Sequence record: SRR2962707_927
Reading direction: 5' to 3' (one strand)
Length of the DNA: 38,967 nucleotides
Shown here: positions 11,139 through 21,713 of the stretch, in pieces
Position numbering within the stretch: position 1 is the stretch's first letter
How the letters are laid out: each line of letters opens with the position of its first letter
Notes under the pieces: model-generated
Databases searched by the model: none
What the model saw: only the letters and a program-made list of their open reading frames with translations
What the model was told of the DNA's origin: nothing
Made by a program: the position numbers and the translations under genes

Positions 11139-11266
11139 TATTTCATCTGACTGAGTAATGGCTGAGCAAGCGCAGCGTTGGCGTCAGCTAAGATACCGAA
11201 TTCAACGACGTAATTCATGGCAATTGCGTGTATAGCATTTATAATAGGTTTTTTTAAAATCACTGG

Positions 11267-12472
11267 GTGAAGAAATTGAGCGTTATTCGACTAAAAGGGC
11301 AAGCTGATCGACGTCTACGAGCAGGTCATCAATGGATCTACAGCAATGAAGTAGATACAAATAAGACGCCATTAAAGCAATTTACTCCAGGCGATCAGGT
11401 TGTAGTTGAAACGGCACAAGGAAAACCACTTGGTATTGCAATGGTTAACCCTAACACTTTGATTTGTGGTCGTTTAATCAGTCGTAGTGTTGACACTGTG
11501 ATGAACAAATCTACCTTGGTTCATCGTCTTAAAATAGCCTTGTCATTGCGTGAAATTGCCTATAAAGGGCCTTATTACCGCCTCGTTTTTGGTGATTCCG
11601 ATGGTTTGTCTGGTTTGGTTGTCGACCGTTTTGCCGACATCCTTGTGGTGCAAATCTCCACAGCCGGCATGGAGCGTATTAAGGGTGAAATAGTTGAAGC
11701 CTTGCAGGACGTGATCAAGCCAAGTGCCATCTTAATGAAAAACGATGGCAAGATGCGTCAAATTGAAGGACTGGACAGCTATGTTGAAGAAGCCTTCGGT
11801 ACTGTGCCTGAGTTAGTTTATCTACAAGAAAATGATGTGCTTTTCCAAGCGCCAGTGTGGGATGGGCAAAAAACAGGTTGGTTTTATGACCACCGTGAAA
11901 ACCGCAAAACCATGCAGAACTATTGTGATGGCAAGCGTGTTCTTGATGTGTTCTCTTATGTGGGTGGTTGGGGTGTTCAAGCCGCTGCCGCAGGGGCGAC
12001 GGATGTGACCTTTATTGACGCCTCAGAAAGTGCGTTGAGTCATGTGGACGCCAACCTTAAATTGAACCAATACGAAGGCGGCTCTGAGCTCATGCACGGC
12101 GATGCATTTGAAGCAATGCAGTCTTTGATTGAAGACAAACAGCGTTTTGATGTGGTTGTTATGGACCCGCCAGCCTTTATTGCACGTCGTAAAGACATCA
12201 AGGCAGGGGAAGGCGCTTATCATCGTGCTAACCAATTGGCGATGCGTTTGGTGGCAAAAGGGGGCATTCTTGTGTCGGGCTCTTGCTCTATGCACCTAGA
12301 AACCAACCGTTTGCATGACATAGTGCGCAGTAACAGCCGTCAATTAGAGCGTTTTTCTCAATTGATTTATCGTGGTACCCAAGCACCAGATCATCCGGTT
12401 CATCCGGCGATTGAAGAAACAGAATACCTAAAAGCGCTATTTTACCGTATCCATAACAACATGGGTCTGTAA
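11267..12472 (+). CDS. RlmI-family SAM-dependent rRNA methyltransferase (m5C1962-type)
   Basis: N-terminal PUA-like GHQWIYSNEV, GQKTGWFYDHRENR, VLDVFSYVGGWG, DPPAF, SCS. Start codon uncertain (GTG 11267 or TTG 11276). Confidence 0.88.
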   Translation: MKKLSVIRLKGQADRRLRAGHQWIYSNEVDTNKTPLKQFTPGDQVVVETAQGKPLGIAMVNPNTLICGRLISRSVDTVMNKSTLVHRLKIALSLREIAYKGPYYRLVFGDSDGLSGLVVDRFADILVVQISTAGMERIKGEIVEALQDVIKPSAILMKNDGKMRQIEGLDSYVEEAFGTVPELVYLQENDVLFQAPVWDGQKTGWFYDHRENRKTMQNYCDGKRVLDVFSYVGGWGVQAAAAGATDVTFIDASESALSHVDANLKLNQYEGGSELMHGDAFEAMQSLIEDKQRFDVVVMDPPAFIARRKDIKAGEGAYHRANQLAMRLVAKGGILVSGSCSMHLETNRLHDIVRSNSRQLERFSQLIYRGTQAPDHPVHPAIEETEYLKALFYRIHNNMGL

Positions 12473-12504
12473 GACGGCGTTGATCGCGCGTTATTAGCGA
12501 TTTA

Positions 12505-12542
12505 AAAAAGCCTCTTTACTGTCATAAGTAAAGAGGCTTTTT
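12505..12542. terminator. Bidirectional intrinsic terminator
   Basis: AAAAAGCCTCTTTACT-GTCATA-AGTAAAGAGGCTTTTT between convergent genes. Confidence 0.9.
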
Positions 12543-12578
12543 ATGGTCTAAACGACGGAGTAAACAAGGTGGTTTTGA

Positions 12579-13235
12579 TTAATCTCGTAACGAGATATGA
12601 GGCCAGCCGCGTTCTTTAGCGATGTCAGTTAAGGTTGGGTCGGCGTCGACAGCAACAGGGTGAGTCACCAGTTCTAAAAGGGGTAAGTCGTTACGAGAGT
12701 CGCTATAGAAGTAACTGCCTTCCATTGAGTGCCCTGTTTCGGCTAACCAGTCATTTAACCGTGTTACCTTGCCTTCTTGGAAGCTAGGAATGCCAACAAT
12801 ATTACCTGTGTAGCGATCCTCGATGATTTCGGGAACGGGGGCAATGATATGGTCCATGCCCATCGCTTCTGCAATTGGGCCGGTAACAAACTGATTGGTG
12901 GCGGTGATCATCAATAGAAAGTGTCCTTGCTTTTTATGATGCTCGAGTAACGCCTTGGCTTTCTCTTGCATCATGGGGGTGATTTTTTCTGCCATAAAAG
13001 TGCGATGCAATTGGGTAAGCTCTTCATTATTGAATAATGCGAGAGGCGCTAAGCTGAAGGCCAAGTATTCATGAATATCCAATGTGCCTGATTGATATTG
13101 CTGAAAGAAGCGGTCATTGGCTTTGGCATAGGCTTGTGTATCGACTAAGCTTTTCTCGACTAAAAATTGTCCCCAAGTGTAGTCACTGTCACCGCTTAAT
13201 AAGGTGCCGTCTAAATCAAATATTGCGAGCGTCAC
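12579..13235 (-). CDS. HAD-IB family phosphatase (SerB-like; probable histidinol-phosphatase)
   Basis: FDLDGTL motif I, ITAT motif II, GK, YSDSRND motif IV; divergent from rppH, as is Pseudomonas PA0335. Confidence 0.85.
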   Translation of the reverse strand: MTLAIFDLDGTLLSGDSDYTWGQFLVEKSLVDTQAYAKANDRFFQQYQSGTLDIHEYLAFSLAPLALFNNEELTQLHRTFMAEKITPMMQEKAKALLEHHKKQGHFLLMITATNQFVTGPIAEAMGMDHIIAPVPEIIEDRYTGNIVGIPSFQEGKVTRLNDWLAETGHSMEGSYFYSDSRNDLPLLELVTHPVAVDADPTLTDIAKERGWPHISLRD

Positions 13236-13370
13236 GATCAATCCTTAGTTCTTTTAATGTATACAAAGTATAGCGATGGGAGAGATAAATAACACCTGTC
13301 TTAATTGTGCAATAAGGCGAATTGTGGAACAATGAATTCAATTTATTTTTATGTTAAAAGGTGATAGCTC

Positions 13371-13874
13371 GTGATTGATGCAGACGGATATAGGCCGAAT
13401 GTGGGCATCATACTGATGAACGAGCGTGGCCAACTTCTTTGGGCGAGGCGTGTAGGGCAAAATGCATGGCAATTCCCCCAAGGCGGTATTAAACCTGATG
13501 AAACACCAGAAGACGCTTTGTACCGAGAATTAAAGGAAGAAGTAGGACTGGAACCTCATCAAGTAGAAATCGTGGGGAAAACCCGAGGATGGTTGCGTTA
13601 CCGACTTCCCAAACGCATGTTAAGACACAACAGCAAGCCTTTGTGTATCGGGCAAAAACAGAAATGGTTTTTGTTGTCGATTCGTTGTGCTGACGCTTGT
13701 GTCTGTGTAGATGCAACAGATTGTCCGGAATTTGATGGTTGGAGATGGGTGAGTTACTGGTACCCACTTGGCCAAGTAGTGGCGTTTAAAAAGGATGTTT
13801 ATCGCCGTGCATTAAAAGAGTTGATACCTAATGCACACCGAAAGTTAGAAAATATCATTAAAGCAACTCACTAA
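13371..13874 (+). CDS. rppH: RNA pyrophosphohydrolase
   Basis: [20 protein letters not shown], Nudix box [29 protein letters not shown]. Confidence 0.97.
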   Translation: MIDADGYRPNVGIILMNERGQLLWARRVGQNAWQFPQGGIKPDETPEDALYRELKEEVGLEPHQVEIVGKTRGWLRYRLPKRMLRHNSKPLCIGQKQKWFLLSIRCADACVCVDATDCPEFDGWRWVSYWYPLGQVVAFKKDVYRRALKELIPNAHRKLENIIKATH

Positions 13875-13904
13875 ATTTACATTATTTAGGGTGCAAGGAG
13901 AACG

Positions 13905-16193
13905 ATGCTAAGTTTGCTCAGACGTATAACCCAAGAAGTGACTGCTGCGCAGTCTTTGCCGACCGCGTTGGACATTATTGTTCGGCGTGTGCGCAGAGCA
14001 ATGCGGGCAGAAGTCTGTTCAATTTACTTAGTTGATCCTAATACTAGCGAGTATATTTTAATGGCAACACGAGGCTTAAATGCTGGTGTTGCTGGCAGCG
14101 CTAGCCTTAAGTCCGATGAAGGGTTGGTGAGTTTGGTTGGGCGTCGTGCTGAGCCTGTTAACCTAGAAGACGCCCATGTCCATCCGTCATTCCATTATCT
14201 CAGTGGAACCGGTGAAGAGCGTTACCGTTCTTTTCTAGGGGTGCCCATTATTCATCACCGACAAGTGCTGGGTGTCTTGGTGGTTCAACACGAAGACAAG
14301 CGTCGATTTGATGAGGGAGAAGAAGCCTTTCTTATTACGCTTTCGGCGCAGTTAGCGGGGGTTATTGCTCACGCAGAAGCGACAGGCGCCATGACTAGCC
14401 TAAGCGCAACGTCTGCACCCGTTGGAGCAGATTTTCGCTATAAAGGTGTCTCTGGGAGTTCGGGGGTCGCCATTGGGCGAGGGGTGGTGGTGTATCCACT
14501 GGCCGATTTAGATGTGATACCTGATCGCACGATTACCGACACTGCTTCAGAGATTGCTGATTTTTATCAGGCACTTGAAGCCGTACGTGAAGATATCCGG
14601 CGTGCAAGTAATCGCCTTAGCCAGCATTTATCCACGGATGAAAAAGCGTTGTTTGATGTCTATTTGAAGATTTTGAATGATAACTCGCTGGTGGTTGAGG
14701 TCGAGAAGAAAATCAAAAAAGGCAATTGGGCTCAAGGGGCAATCAGACAGGTTATTCAAGCCCATATTGCGCATTTCAATCGAATGGATGACCCTTATTT
14801 GCGCGAAAGAGCGACCGATATTCGGGATCTCGGACGCCGCATTCTTTCTCATTTGCAAGAAAAAGCCCCTAATTTAGCAGAACGTTTCAGCGAACCGAGT
14901 ATTATTATCGGTGAAGAGCTGACGGCGTCTATGTTGGGTGAAATTCCCATTGATAAGATCAAAGGCCTGGTGTCGGTGATGGGGTCCAGCAACTCTCATG
15001 TGGCGATTCTTGCCCGTGCGATGGGGATTCCTACTGTCATGGGGGCGCTGGATTTACCTTACGCCCAGTTAGATAAAGTCGACATGATTGTCGATGGTTA
15101 CTTGGGGCATGTTTTTACTTATCCTTCTGAGAATCTAATCCAAGTCTACACTCAGATTGTTGATGAAGAGCGCCAGTTAGAAGAAGAATACGAAACACTA
15201 AAAGACCTGCCATGTGAAACGACGGATGGTTATCGTCTCTCGTTATTTGTGAATACAGGGTTAACCGCCGATATTGCGCGTTCTTTGGATCGCGGTGCTG
15301 AGGGGATTGGTCTGTATCGTACAGAAGTGCCCTTCATGGTGCGTGATCGTTTTCCCACAGAGGCAGAGCAAGAGCACATTTATCGCCAGCAGTTGGAAGG
15401 TTTTGCGCCCGCGCCAGTGACCGTGCGTACATTGGACATAGGCGGCGACAAAGCGCTGCCATATTTTCCGATTGCCGAGGAAAACCCCTTTCTTGGTTGG
15501 CGTGGCATTCGAGTAACACTCGATCATTTGGAAATCTTCATGGCGCAAATACGTGCCATGATTAAAGCCAGTGCCGGTCTGCACAATTTAAAAATCATGT
15601 TGCCAATGGTGTCCAACGTAGCCGAAGTGGAAGATGCTTTGGCGCTTATTCGCCGTGCTTATGCCGAGGTGAAAGAAGAGGGTTACGATGTCAAAATGCC
15701 ACAAGTGGGCGTGATGATAGAAATTCCTGCGGCGGTTTACCAAGTCAAAGAGTTGGCGGCATTGGTCGACTTTATGTCTGTTGGAAGCAACGATTTAACG
15801 CAATATTTGTTGGCGGTGGATCGTAATAACCCGCGTGTAGCAGACTTATATAACTGTTTTCATCCTTCGGTTTTGCGAGCTTTATACTCGATTGTAAAGC
15901 AAGTGAAAAGCGAAGGGATAAACCTAAGTGTTTGTGGTGAAATGGCGGGTGATCCTATGGGAGCGATTATTCTCATGGCAATGGGTTACGACGTGCTGTC
16001 GATGAGTTCGACCAGTTTACCCAAAGTGAAGGCGGTTATTCGCAATATCTCGATGGAACAAGCGCAAGATATGCTGGATCAAGTGATTCATTTAGCGCAT
16101 GCCGACGCCGTCACTCAGACGATGACGAGATTAATGCGTGAAGCTAACATCGAGCGTTTAGTTCGCCCTTCTAAAACAACAACCGTGAATTAA
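13905..16193 (+). CDS. ptsP: Enzyme I-Ntr (GAF plus PEP-protein phosphotransferase)
   Basis: N-terminal GAF, phospho-His motif [40 protein letters not shown]; follows rppH. Confidence 0.97.
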   Translation: MLSLLRRITQEVTAAQSLPTALDIIVRRVRRAMRAEVCSIYLVDPNTSEYILMATRGLNAGVAGSASLKSDEGLVSLVGRRAEPVNLEDAHVHPSFHYLSGTGEERYRSFLGVPIIHHRQVLGVLVVQHEDKRRFDEGEEAFLITLSAQLAGVIAHAEATGAMTSLSATSAPVGADFRYKGVSGSSGVAIGRGVVVYPLADLDVIPDRTITDTASEIADFYQALEAVREDIRRASNRLSQHLSTDEKALFDVYLKILNDNSLVVEVEKKIKKGNWAQGAIRQVIQAHIAHFNRMDDPYLRERATDIRDLGRRILSHLQEKAPNLAERFSEPSIIIGEELTASMLGEIPIDKIKGLVSVMGSSNSHVAILARAMGIPTVMGALDLPYAQLDKVDMIVDGYLGHVFTYPSENLIQVYTQIVDEERQLEEEYETLKDLPCETTDGYRLSLFVNTGLTADIARSLDRGAEGIGLYRTEVPFMVRDRFPTEAEQEHIYRQQLEGFAPAPVTVRTLDIGGDKALPYFPIAEENPFLGWRGIRVTLDHLEIFMAQIRAMIKASAGLHNLKIMLPMVSNVAEVEDALALIRRAYAEVKEEGYDVKMPQVGVMIEIPAAVYQVKELAALVDFMSVGSNDLTQYLLAVDRNNPRVADLYNCFHPSVLRALYSIVKQVKSEGINLSVCGEMAGDPMGAIILMAMGYDVLSMSSTSLPKVKAVIRNISMEQAQDMLDQVIHLAHADAVTQTMTRLMREANIERLVRPSKTTTVN

Positions 16194-16222
16194 CACCCCC
16201 TTTAGAGGTTTTTCTTACCGTT

Positions 16223-17020
16223 ATGATAGCTTATCCAACGATAGACCCTGTCGCTATTTCGATAGGGCCGCTTGCTGTGCATTGGTATGGCATTATGTAT
16301 TTAATCGGTTTTGCTGGCGCGTATTTATTAGGCAACTATCGAGCAAAAATGTCCAATGGCTTGTGGACGAAAGACATGGTCAGCGACATGATCTTTTATG
16401 GCGCCTTAGGCGTTATATTAGGCGGCCGTATTGGTTATATTCTGTTCTATCAATTTCCTGTTTTTGTCGACGATCCCTTAGTAATCTTTAGAATTTGGGA
16501 TGGCGGTATGTCATTCCACGGTGGGTTACTGGGCGTGATTGTGGCGATGGCCATATTTGCTCGTCGTTATAATAAACACGTTATTGATGTGACCGATTTT
16601 GCCGCGCCTTTTGTGCCGATTGGCTTGGGTGCGGGACGAATTGGTAACTTTATTAATGGTGAATTGTGGGGCAAGCCAACGGATGTGCCTTGGGCCATGG
16701 TGTTTCCCAAAGATGTGTTGCAATTAGCGCGTCATCCATCGCAGTTATATCAGTTTGCATTAGAAGGTGTCGCTCTGTTTTGCATACTGTGGTTCTTTTC
16801 GAAAAAGAGTAAGCCACGCTGGTGTGTATCGGGCCTCTTTTTGCTGTGCTACGGCGTGTTTCGAATTTTGTCTGAGTTTGTTCGAGAACCGGACCCGCAA
16901 ATCGGATATTTAGCGTTTGGTTGGGTAACAGAAGGGCAGGTTTTATCGCTGCCTATGGTGATTATTGGCATCATGCTGATTGTGTTTGGCTTTAAAATGA
17001 AGAAGTTCCCACAATCCTAG
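16223..17020 (+). CDS. lgt: Prolipoprotein diacylglyceryl transferase
   Basis: [40 protein letters not shown]. Confidence 0.97.
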   Translation: MIAYPTIDPVAISIGPLAVHWYGIMYLIGFAGAYLLGNYRAKMSNGLWTKDMVSDMIFYGALGVILGGRIGYILFYQFPVFVDDPLVIFRIWDGGMSFHGGLLGVIVAMAIFARRYNKHVIDVTDFAAPFVPIGLGAGRIGNFINGELWGKPTDVPWAMVFPKDVLQLARHPSQLYQFALEGVALFCILWFFSKKSKPRWCVSGLFLLCYGVFRILSEFVREPDPQIGYLAFGWVTEGQVLSLPMVIIGIMLIVFGFKMKKFPQS

Positions 17021-17063
17021 ATAACGCCTTTTTTGTGATAGGCTAGTTACTGAGAATCGTACT

Positions 17064-17097
17064 AAAAAAGCCAGTTACTCAAGTAACTGGCTTTTTT
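17064..17097. terminator. Bidirectional intrinsic terminator between lgt and thyA
   Basis: AAAAAAGCCAGTTACT-CA-AGTAACTGGCTTTTTT. Confidence 0.9.
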
Positions 17098-17143
17098 GGT
17101 TTGGGCTGCAAGAGCGCTTTGCGGCGGCTTGTAAAAAGCCTCG

Positions 17144-17995
17144 TTAGACAGAAAACGGGTAGGCGATAGGCTCGTGGAATTGGTACCCTTCAACAGAAAA
17201 ATCATCCATAGTCACCCAAGTTTCAATGTCTTCTAGGGACTTGATGTCGGGGTTGATCTTAAGTGTTGGCAAAGCATAAGGTTCACGTTGTAATTGCACG
17301 TCACGCATCAGCTCTAGCTGGTCTTCATAAATGTGAGCATTGACTATTTTATGGAATGCTTGCCCCGCTTTGTGCCCTGTAATTTGCGCCACAATCGCAA
17401 GCAGTACATAGACCTGCACCATGTTGAAGTTAAGGCCAAGTGGGACATCACAGCTGCGTTGAGTGCTGTTTAGATACAGGGTGTCGCCTAACAAAGAAAA
17501 GTGGTGGCTATACATGCAAGGGCGCAGGCAGGCCATGTGAAATGCCCCCGGGTGATAAAAAGTGAGGATTTCCCCACGGTTATCCACACCCTTGGTTAAA
17601 TCTTCAATGATTTGCTTAAGCAAATCAATGTGACCGCCATCTGGTTTGGGAAAAGCACGACCGATTGCGCCGTAGCACAAGCCCATGTCGTCTTCGCCTT
17701 TACGATGTACGTTATTTAACCATGCGGGGTTGTTGTTTGCATTGGCATCCCATGTTTTGGTGCCAAGGGCTCGAAAATCAGCGGCGTTATCATAACCTCT
17801 TAAATAACCAAGAATTTCTGCGATAGCCGACTTCCAATAACTCTTCCGAGTCGTAACCAAGGGGAATTCGCCCTTACTCACATCGTAAGTCAAATCCGCA
17901 TTAATAACGGTTAAGCAGCGTTTGCCGGTGCGTTCGTTTTCTACCCATACGCCTTCATCAACGATGCGCTGGCAAAGATCTAAATATTGTTTCAT
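17144..17995 (-). CDS. thyA: Thymidylate synthase (283-aa Vibrio/Haemophilus-like form)
   Basis: [15 protein letters not shown], catalytic [23 protein letters not shown]. Start moved to ATG 17995. Confidence 0.96.
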   Translation of the reverse strand: MKQYLDLCQRIVDEGVWVENERTGKRCLTVINADLTYDVSKGEFPLVTTRKSYWKSAIAEILGYLRGYDNAADFRALGTKTWDANANNNPAWLNNVHRKGEDDMGLCYGAIGRAFPKPDGGHIDLLKQIIEDLTKGVDNRGEILTFYHPGAFHMACLRPCMYSHHFSLLGDTLYLNSTQRSCDVPLGLNFNMVQVYVLLAIVAQITGHKAGQAFHKIVNAHIYEDQLELMRDVQLQREPYALPTLKINPDIKSLEDIETWVTMDDFSVEGYQFHEPIAYPFSV

Positions 17996-18160
17996 GAAGA
18001 GAGCCTTGTATTTATTGTCTGGCAGCGACTTAAATCTTTTTAGAAATGCATTCTGGTCTGCCATGAGTATAATAGTTTTCATCGATTATATCAGAACCCC
18101 TACCTACTAAGATGCCGCATTTACGATTTCTGTCTAGGGGCTTAAAACAAGGTTTATTAT

Positions 18161-18670
18161 ATGTTGTCTTTAATTGTTGCCATGTCATCTAACCGAGTTA
18201 TCGGGATCAATAATTCATTGCCTTGGCACCTTCCTAATGATCTTAAATACTTCAAACAAGCCACGATGGGAAAGCCGATTGTCATGGGTCGTAAGACCTT
18301 TGAGTCTATTGGTAAGCCGTTGCCAGGCCGACGTAACATTGTCATCACTCGCGACAGTGATTATCAGGCAGAGGGCATTGATGTAGTGACTTCATTAGAG
18401 GCGGCAATTTCGTTAGGTGAAGATATTTGTTTAGTGAATGGCCAAGAAGAAGTGATGGTTATTGGCGGCGCACAGATTTATCAGTTGGCGTTAGAAAAAG
18501 CGGATCGTTTATACGTGACTCATGTGGACGCTGACATTAATGGGGATGCGTATTTTCCTGAAGTGGAATGGCCTTCTTTTACCTTGATAGCGGAAGAAGC
18601 GTTTGCGGCAGAAGGCCCTAATCCTTACGATTATCGCTTCTCAATTTATCAAAGAACCAGCGCAAAATAG
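18161..18670 (+). CDS. folA: Dihydrofolate reductase
   Basis: LIVAM..NRVIG..NSLPWHLPNDLKYFK, MGRKTFESIG.PLPGRRNIV, IGGAQIY, GDAYFP. Confidence 0.96.
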   Translation: MLSLIVAMSSNRVIGINNSLPWHLPNDLKYFKQATMGKPIVMGRKTFESIGKPLPGRRNIVITRDSDYQAEGIDVVTSLEAAISLGEDICLVNGQEEVMVIGGAQIYQLALEKADRLYVTHVDADINGDAYFPEVEWPSFTLIAEEAFAAEGPNPYDYRFSIYQRTSAK

Positions 18671-19023
18671 TAGAAGAAGTGGTGGGTGCTTATTGCGATA
18701 ATAATAGACTAAACCATAGTCAGTATTGATTTAACGTATTGTACTGGGCTCTTTAGAGTCTTATATTTACCGCTCCGATGATGGCTTGAAAACTCTTTAT
18801 TGGTTGCCCTTATTGTTTAGGCAGCCAAATACCTTTTCAATTGAGTCACCACATTTTGTTTTCTGCTTTGCCTGAGGGTTTAAAGCCGAGGACTATTATT
18901 GAGCTTAGCGTTGTCAGCTACACCTAAGCCGATGCATTTTCAGATTCAGGAATCGTTCTTGATCAAAGAGCATTCCAAAAGATTTCTTATTTCAAATAAT
19001 TATCTTACTAGCTTGGAGAAAAA

Positions 19024-20301
19024 ATGAACGCTTGGTATTTCCTCTGTTTATTATCAGTGGTGGCGATTTTTATCGCCTTCACTAACCAGTATGTTCTGAA
19101 ATTGCAAACAACCATCGCAATTACCACAGGTTCTGTGGTTATTTCATTGCTGTTGATGGTACTAGCATCGGTGTCAGGTGGCGGTATTACAGCATCGATT
19201 GCCCAAGCCGTTGATGGGCTTAACTTTAATATGCTGCTATTAAAGGGGATGCTTGGCTTCCTCCTATTTGCAGGGGCGTTGGAGATTGATCTTCATCTAC
19301 TGCGTAATCAGCGTTGGGAAATTGCCATCATGGCATTAGGGTCAACGTTAATTTCAACCATCATTATTGGTTACTTCAGTTACTGGGCGTTGGCGCTGTG
19401 TGGTTGGGATCTGCCGCTTATTTACTGCATGCTGTTTGGTGCCTTGATTAGCCCAACTGACCCCATTGCGGTCTTGGCAATCATTAAAAAAATGAACGCC
19501 CCAGATAAAATTTCGGTACAAGTTGAAGGGGAATCACTCTTTAACGATGGTGTTGGCTTGGTTGTTTTCTCAACAATCTTTGCATTGATTTTCACCGGCC
19601 AAGAACCAACGTTTACCGGCGTTGTTGAGCTGTTCCTTGTCGATGCAGTTGGCGGGATTTTATTCGGTGTGGTCTTAGCATTGGTGGCTCACTGGCTGAT
19701 TTGTCGCAGTAATGACAGCAGCATCGAATTGTTGATTACCTTGTGTATTCCTAGTGCGGGTTATGCATTAGCAAACTTGCTCGACATTTCAGGGCCTTTG
19801 GCCATGGTGGTCAGTGGTATCTTCATTGGTAATGTGACCCGTACCGTTGGTTTTTCTGAGCATAGCCAGCAAACTTTGTCGCATTTCTGGCATACAGTGG
19901 ATGCCTTCCTTAACTCCTTGTTGTTTATCCTGATTGGTCTTTTGTTGGTGGTATTGCCTGTCACTTGGACAGAAGCAGCGTTGGGTTTATTGATGGTGCC
20001 TCTTGTGTTGTTGGCGCGCTTTATTAGTGTCTCGTTGCCGTATCTTGGCTTCCGCCGTTTTCGTACATACGATGCGCACTCCATTAAAATACTCACTTGG
20101 GGTGGATTACGAGGAGGGCTGGCGTTGGCTATGGCGGCCTCTATTCCCCACGGTAAGTTGATTATTAATGGTGTGGATTACCATACCTTGATGGTTATGA
20201 TGACTTATGTTGTGGTGATTTTCTCGATTGTTGTTCAAGGAATGACGATCTCTCCGATCATCGAACGGAGTATTGAAGAAGGGAAAAACGAACAGGCGTA
20301 A
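19024..20301 (+). CDS. nhaP: CPA1-family Na+(K+)/H+ antiporter (NhaP-like)
   Basis: LFAGAL, ISPTDPIAV, EGESLFNDG, WGGLRGGLALAMA; RBS GGAG. Confidence 0.9.
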   Translation: MNAWYFLCLLSVVAIFIAFTNQYVLKLQTTIAITTGSVVISLLLMVLASVSGGGITASIAQAVDGLNFNMLLLKGMLGFLLFAGALEIDLHLLRNQRWEIAIMALGSTLISTIIIGYFSYWALALCGWDLPLIYCMLFGALISPTDPIAVLAIIKKMNAPDKISVQVEGESLFNDGVGLVVFSTIFALIFTGQEPTFTGVVELFLVDAVGGILFGVVLALVAHWLICRSNDSSIELLITLCIPSAGYALANLLDISGPLAMVVSGIFIGNVTRTVGFSEHSQQTLSHFWHTVDAFLNSLLFILIGLLLVVLPVTWTEAALGLLMVPLVLLARFISVSLPYLGFRRFRTYDAHSIKILTWGGLRGGLALAMAASIPHGKLIINGVDYHTLMVMMTYVVVIFSIVVQGMTISPIIERSIEEGKNEQA

Positions 20302-20386
20302 TGGTTATGCCTTGATTTGGTCGTTGTGCAAGCCGTATCGGCGCATCGGCCAAATAGGAGAAAGCTTGTTTTAAAAGCACAGATAT

Positions 20387-20441
20387 AAAAAAAGGCGCTT
20401 GATGGCTGGATTGTTTTATCCAGTTATCAAGCGCCTTTTTT
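20387..20441. terminator. Bidirectional intrinsic terminator with a long stem
   Basis: AAAAAAGGCGCTTGATGGCTGGAT ... ATCCAGTTATCAAGCGCCTTTTTT between convergent genes. Confidence 0.9.
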
Positions 20442-20458
20442 ATGACGGAAGAAAAGGC

Positions 20459-21691
20459 TTAGTTAATGACGACTCTAAGTTGTTTTTGTCGACCAATTTC
20501 AACGGCCTCGTTTGCGCTTTGTGCTAATTCTTCAATCGTCTCACCGTCTTCAGGAAACGCCGCAATCCCGACACAGAAGTCGAGAGGGTCAGATTTTCCT
20601 TCGATTAATGTGGTGATCTCATTATCGGTTGGATTGATGATGTTCGTCAGCAAGGTTTGCGCGTCTCTAATGCTGGTATTAGGCAGCAGAAGCAGCAGTT
20701 TATCGGGTTCTACTCGAGCCAGTACGTCCGCTTCACGTACTTTTTTATAGATATGTCGCGCTGAGGTCTGGATGGCCAAATTGCGTATTTCCATAGGCAA
20801 GGCGGCCAAGCGGTTTGTTGCGTCCAGGTTTATTTTCGCCATGGTTAAGGGGGTGTATTGACGTTTGGCAAGCCCCAGTTGCTTCTTAAAGTGCGTAACA
20901 GCAGCGCCACGGTTTAATAATCCGGTCAGTTCATCGAACGTTGCTTGGTTGCGTAGGTGCTCTTCAAGGGTTTTCTGTGGGCTAATGTCTTCAACAAAAC
21001 CAATGATCTTCTTGATGCTGCCATCGATGTGCTTTGTGTAGGTACGGCCGCGCTCTTTTACCCACATGTATTCATTGTCGGATTTACGAATGCGGTATTC
21101 CGCCTCGTAATAATTTTGGCAATGGTTGACGTGTTCGGTCACAACCGTAGCCAGCTTTTTGACATCGTCAGGATGAACAAGAGCATGCCACTCCGTGGTG
21201 GAACGTGGTGTTTTGTCTTGTGGTAATCCCAGTAACGCACCAATCGATTGAGAACACGAAATCAGATCCGAATCAGTTTCCCAAATCCAAAGGCCTGCCG
21301 ATGACTCTGTTAGGGCAAATTTAAGCAGAGTGTTTTCTGCATCAACCAGATCCATGTGATCTGTGTTGTAAACACAAGCGAGCACAAAGCCGCCCATGGC
21401 TTGAAATTCAAGTTGAGTGTTGACCTGTTTATTACCAATGCGCAATAGATTTTCACAGCGATCAATATGGCCGTTATGAATCTTTTTGTACAAGTCTTGC
21501 CAATCTTCTAGGCTGTTTGCTTCTTCGCACAGCTCGACCCAGGAGTCGCCTGGTGTCGCGTTAAAGCTTTCAAATAAGAGTGCGAAACTATGGTTAATAG
21601 AATGCAGCTTCCCTGTTTGGCTTTCTATAATGAAGGCCGGTGTTGGCATGTGCTTAAAGGCCAACTCAAAAGGGTCTATCACGGTATTCAT
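20459..21691 (-). CDS. PAS/PAC plus degenerate GGDEF-domain protein
   Basis: PAS_3-like GLWIW...W..LVHPDD...EYRIRK...WVKERG; GGDEF-fold markers DELTGLLNR and VGIAAFPEDG, with the signature replaced by EPDKL. Start at ATG 21691 after AGGAG. Confidence 0.85.
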   Translation of the reverse strand: MNTVIDPFELAFKHMPTPAFIIESQTGKLHSINHSFALLFESFNATPGDSWVELCEEANSLEDWQDLYKKIHNGHIDRCENLLRIGNKQVNTQLEFQAMGGFVLACVYNTDHMDLVDAENTLLKFALTESSAGLWIWETDSDLISCSQSIGALLGLPQDKTPRSTTEWHALVHPDDVKKLATVVTEHVNHCQNYYEAEYRIRKSDNEYMWVKERGRTYTKHIDGSIKKIIGFVEDISPQKTLEEHLRNQATFDELTGLLNRGAAVTHFKKQLGLAKRQYTPLTMAKINLDATNRLAALPMEIRNLAIQTSARHIYKKVREADVLARVEPDKLLLLLPNTSIRDAQTLLTNIINPTDNEITTLIEGKSDPLDFCVGIAAFPEDGETIEELAQSANEAVEIGRQKQLRVVIN

Positions 21692-21713
21692 TGTGCCGCT
21701 CCTTTTAAACAAT

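Noticed and set aside
17996-18082. N-terminal extension of ThyA in the ORF track
   Set aside because: Family homology begins at MKQYLDL (17995); the extension covers the divergent promoter region
18786-18875. 29-codon TTG-started leader peptide before nhaP
   Set aside because: No ATG or clear RBS and no telling codon run
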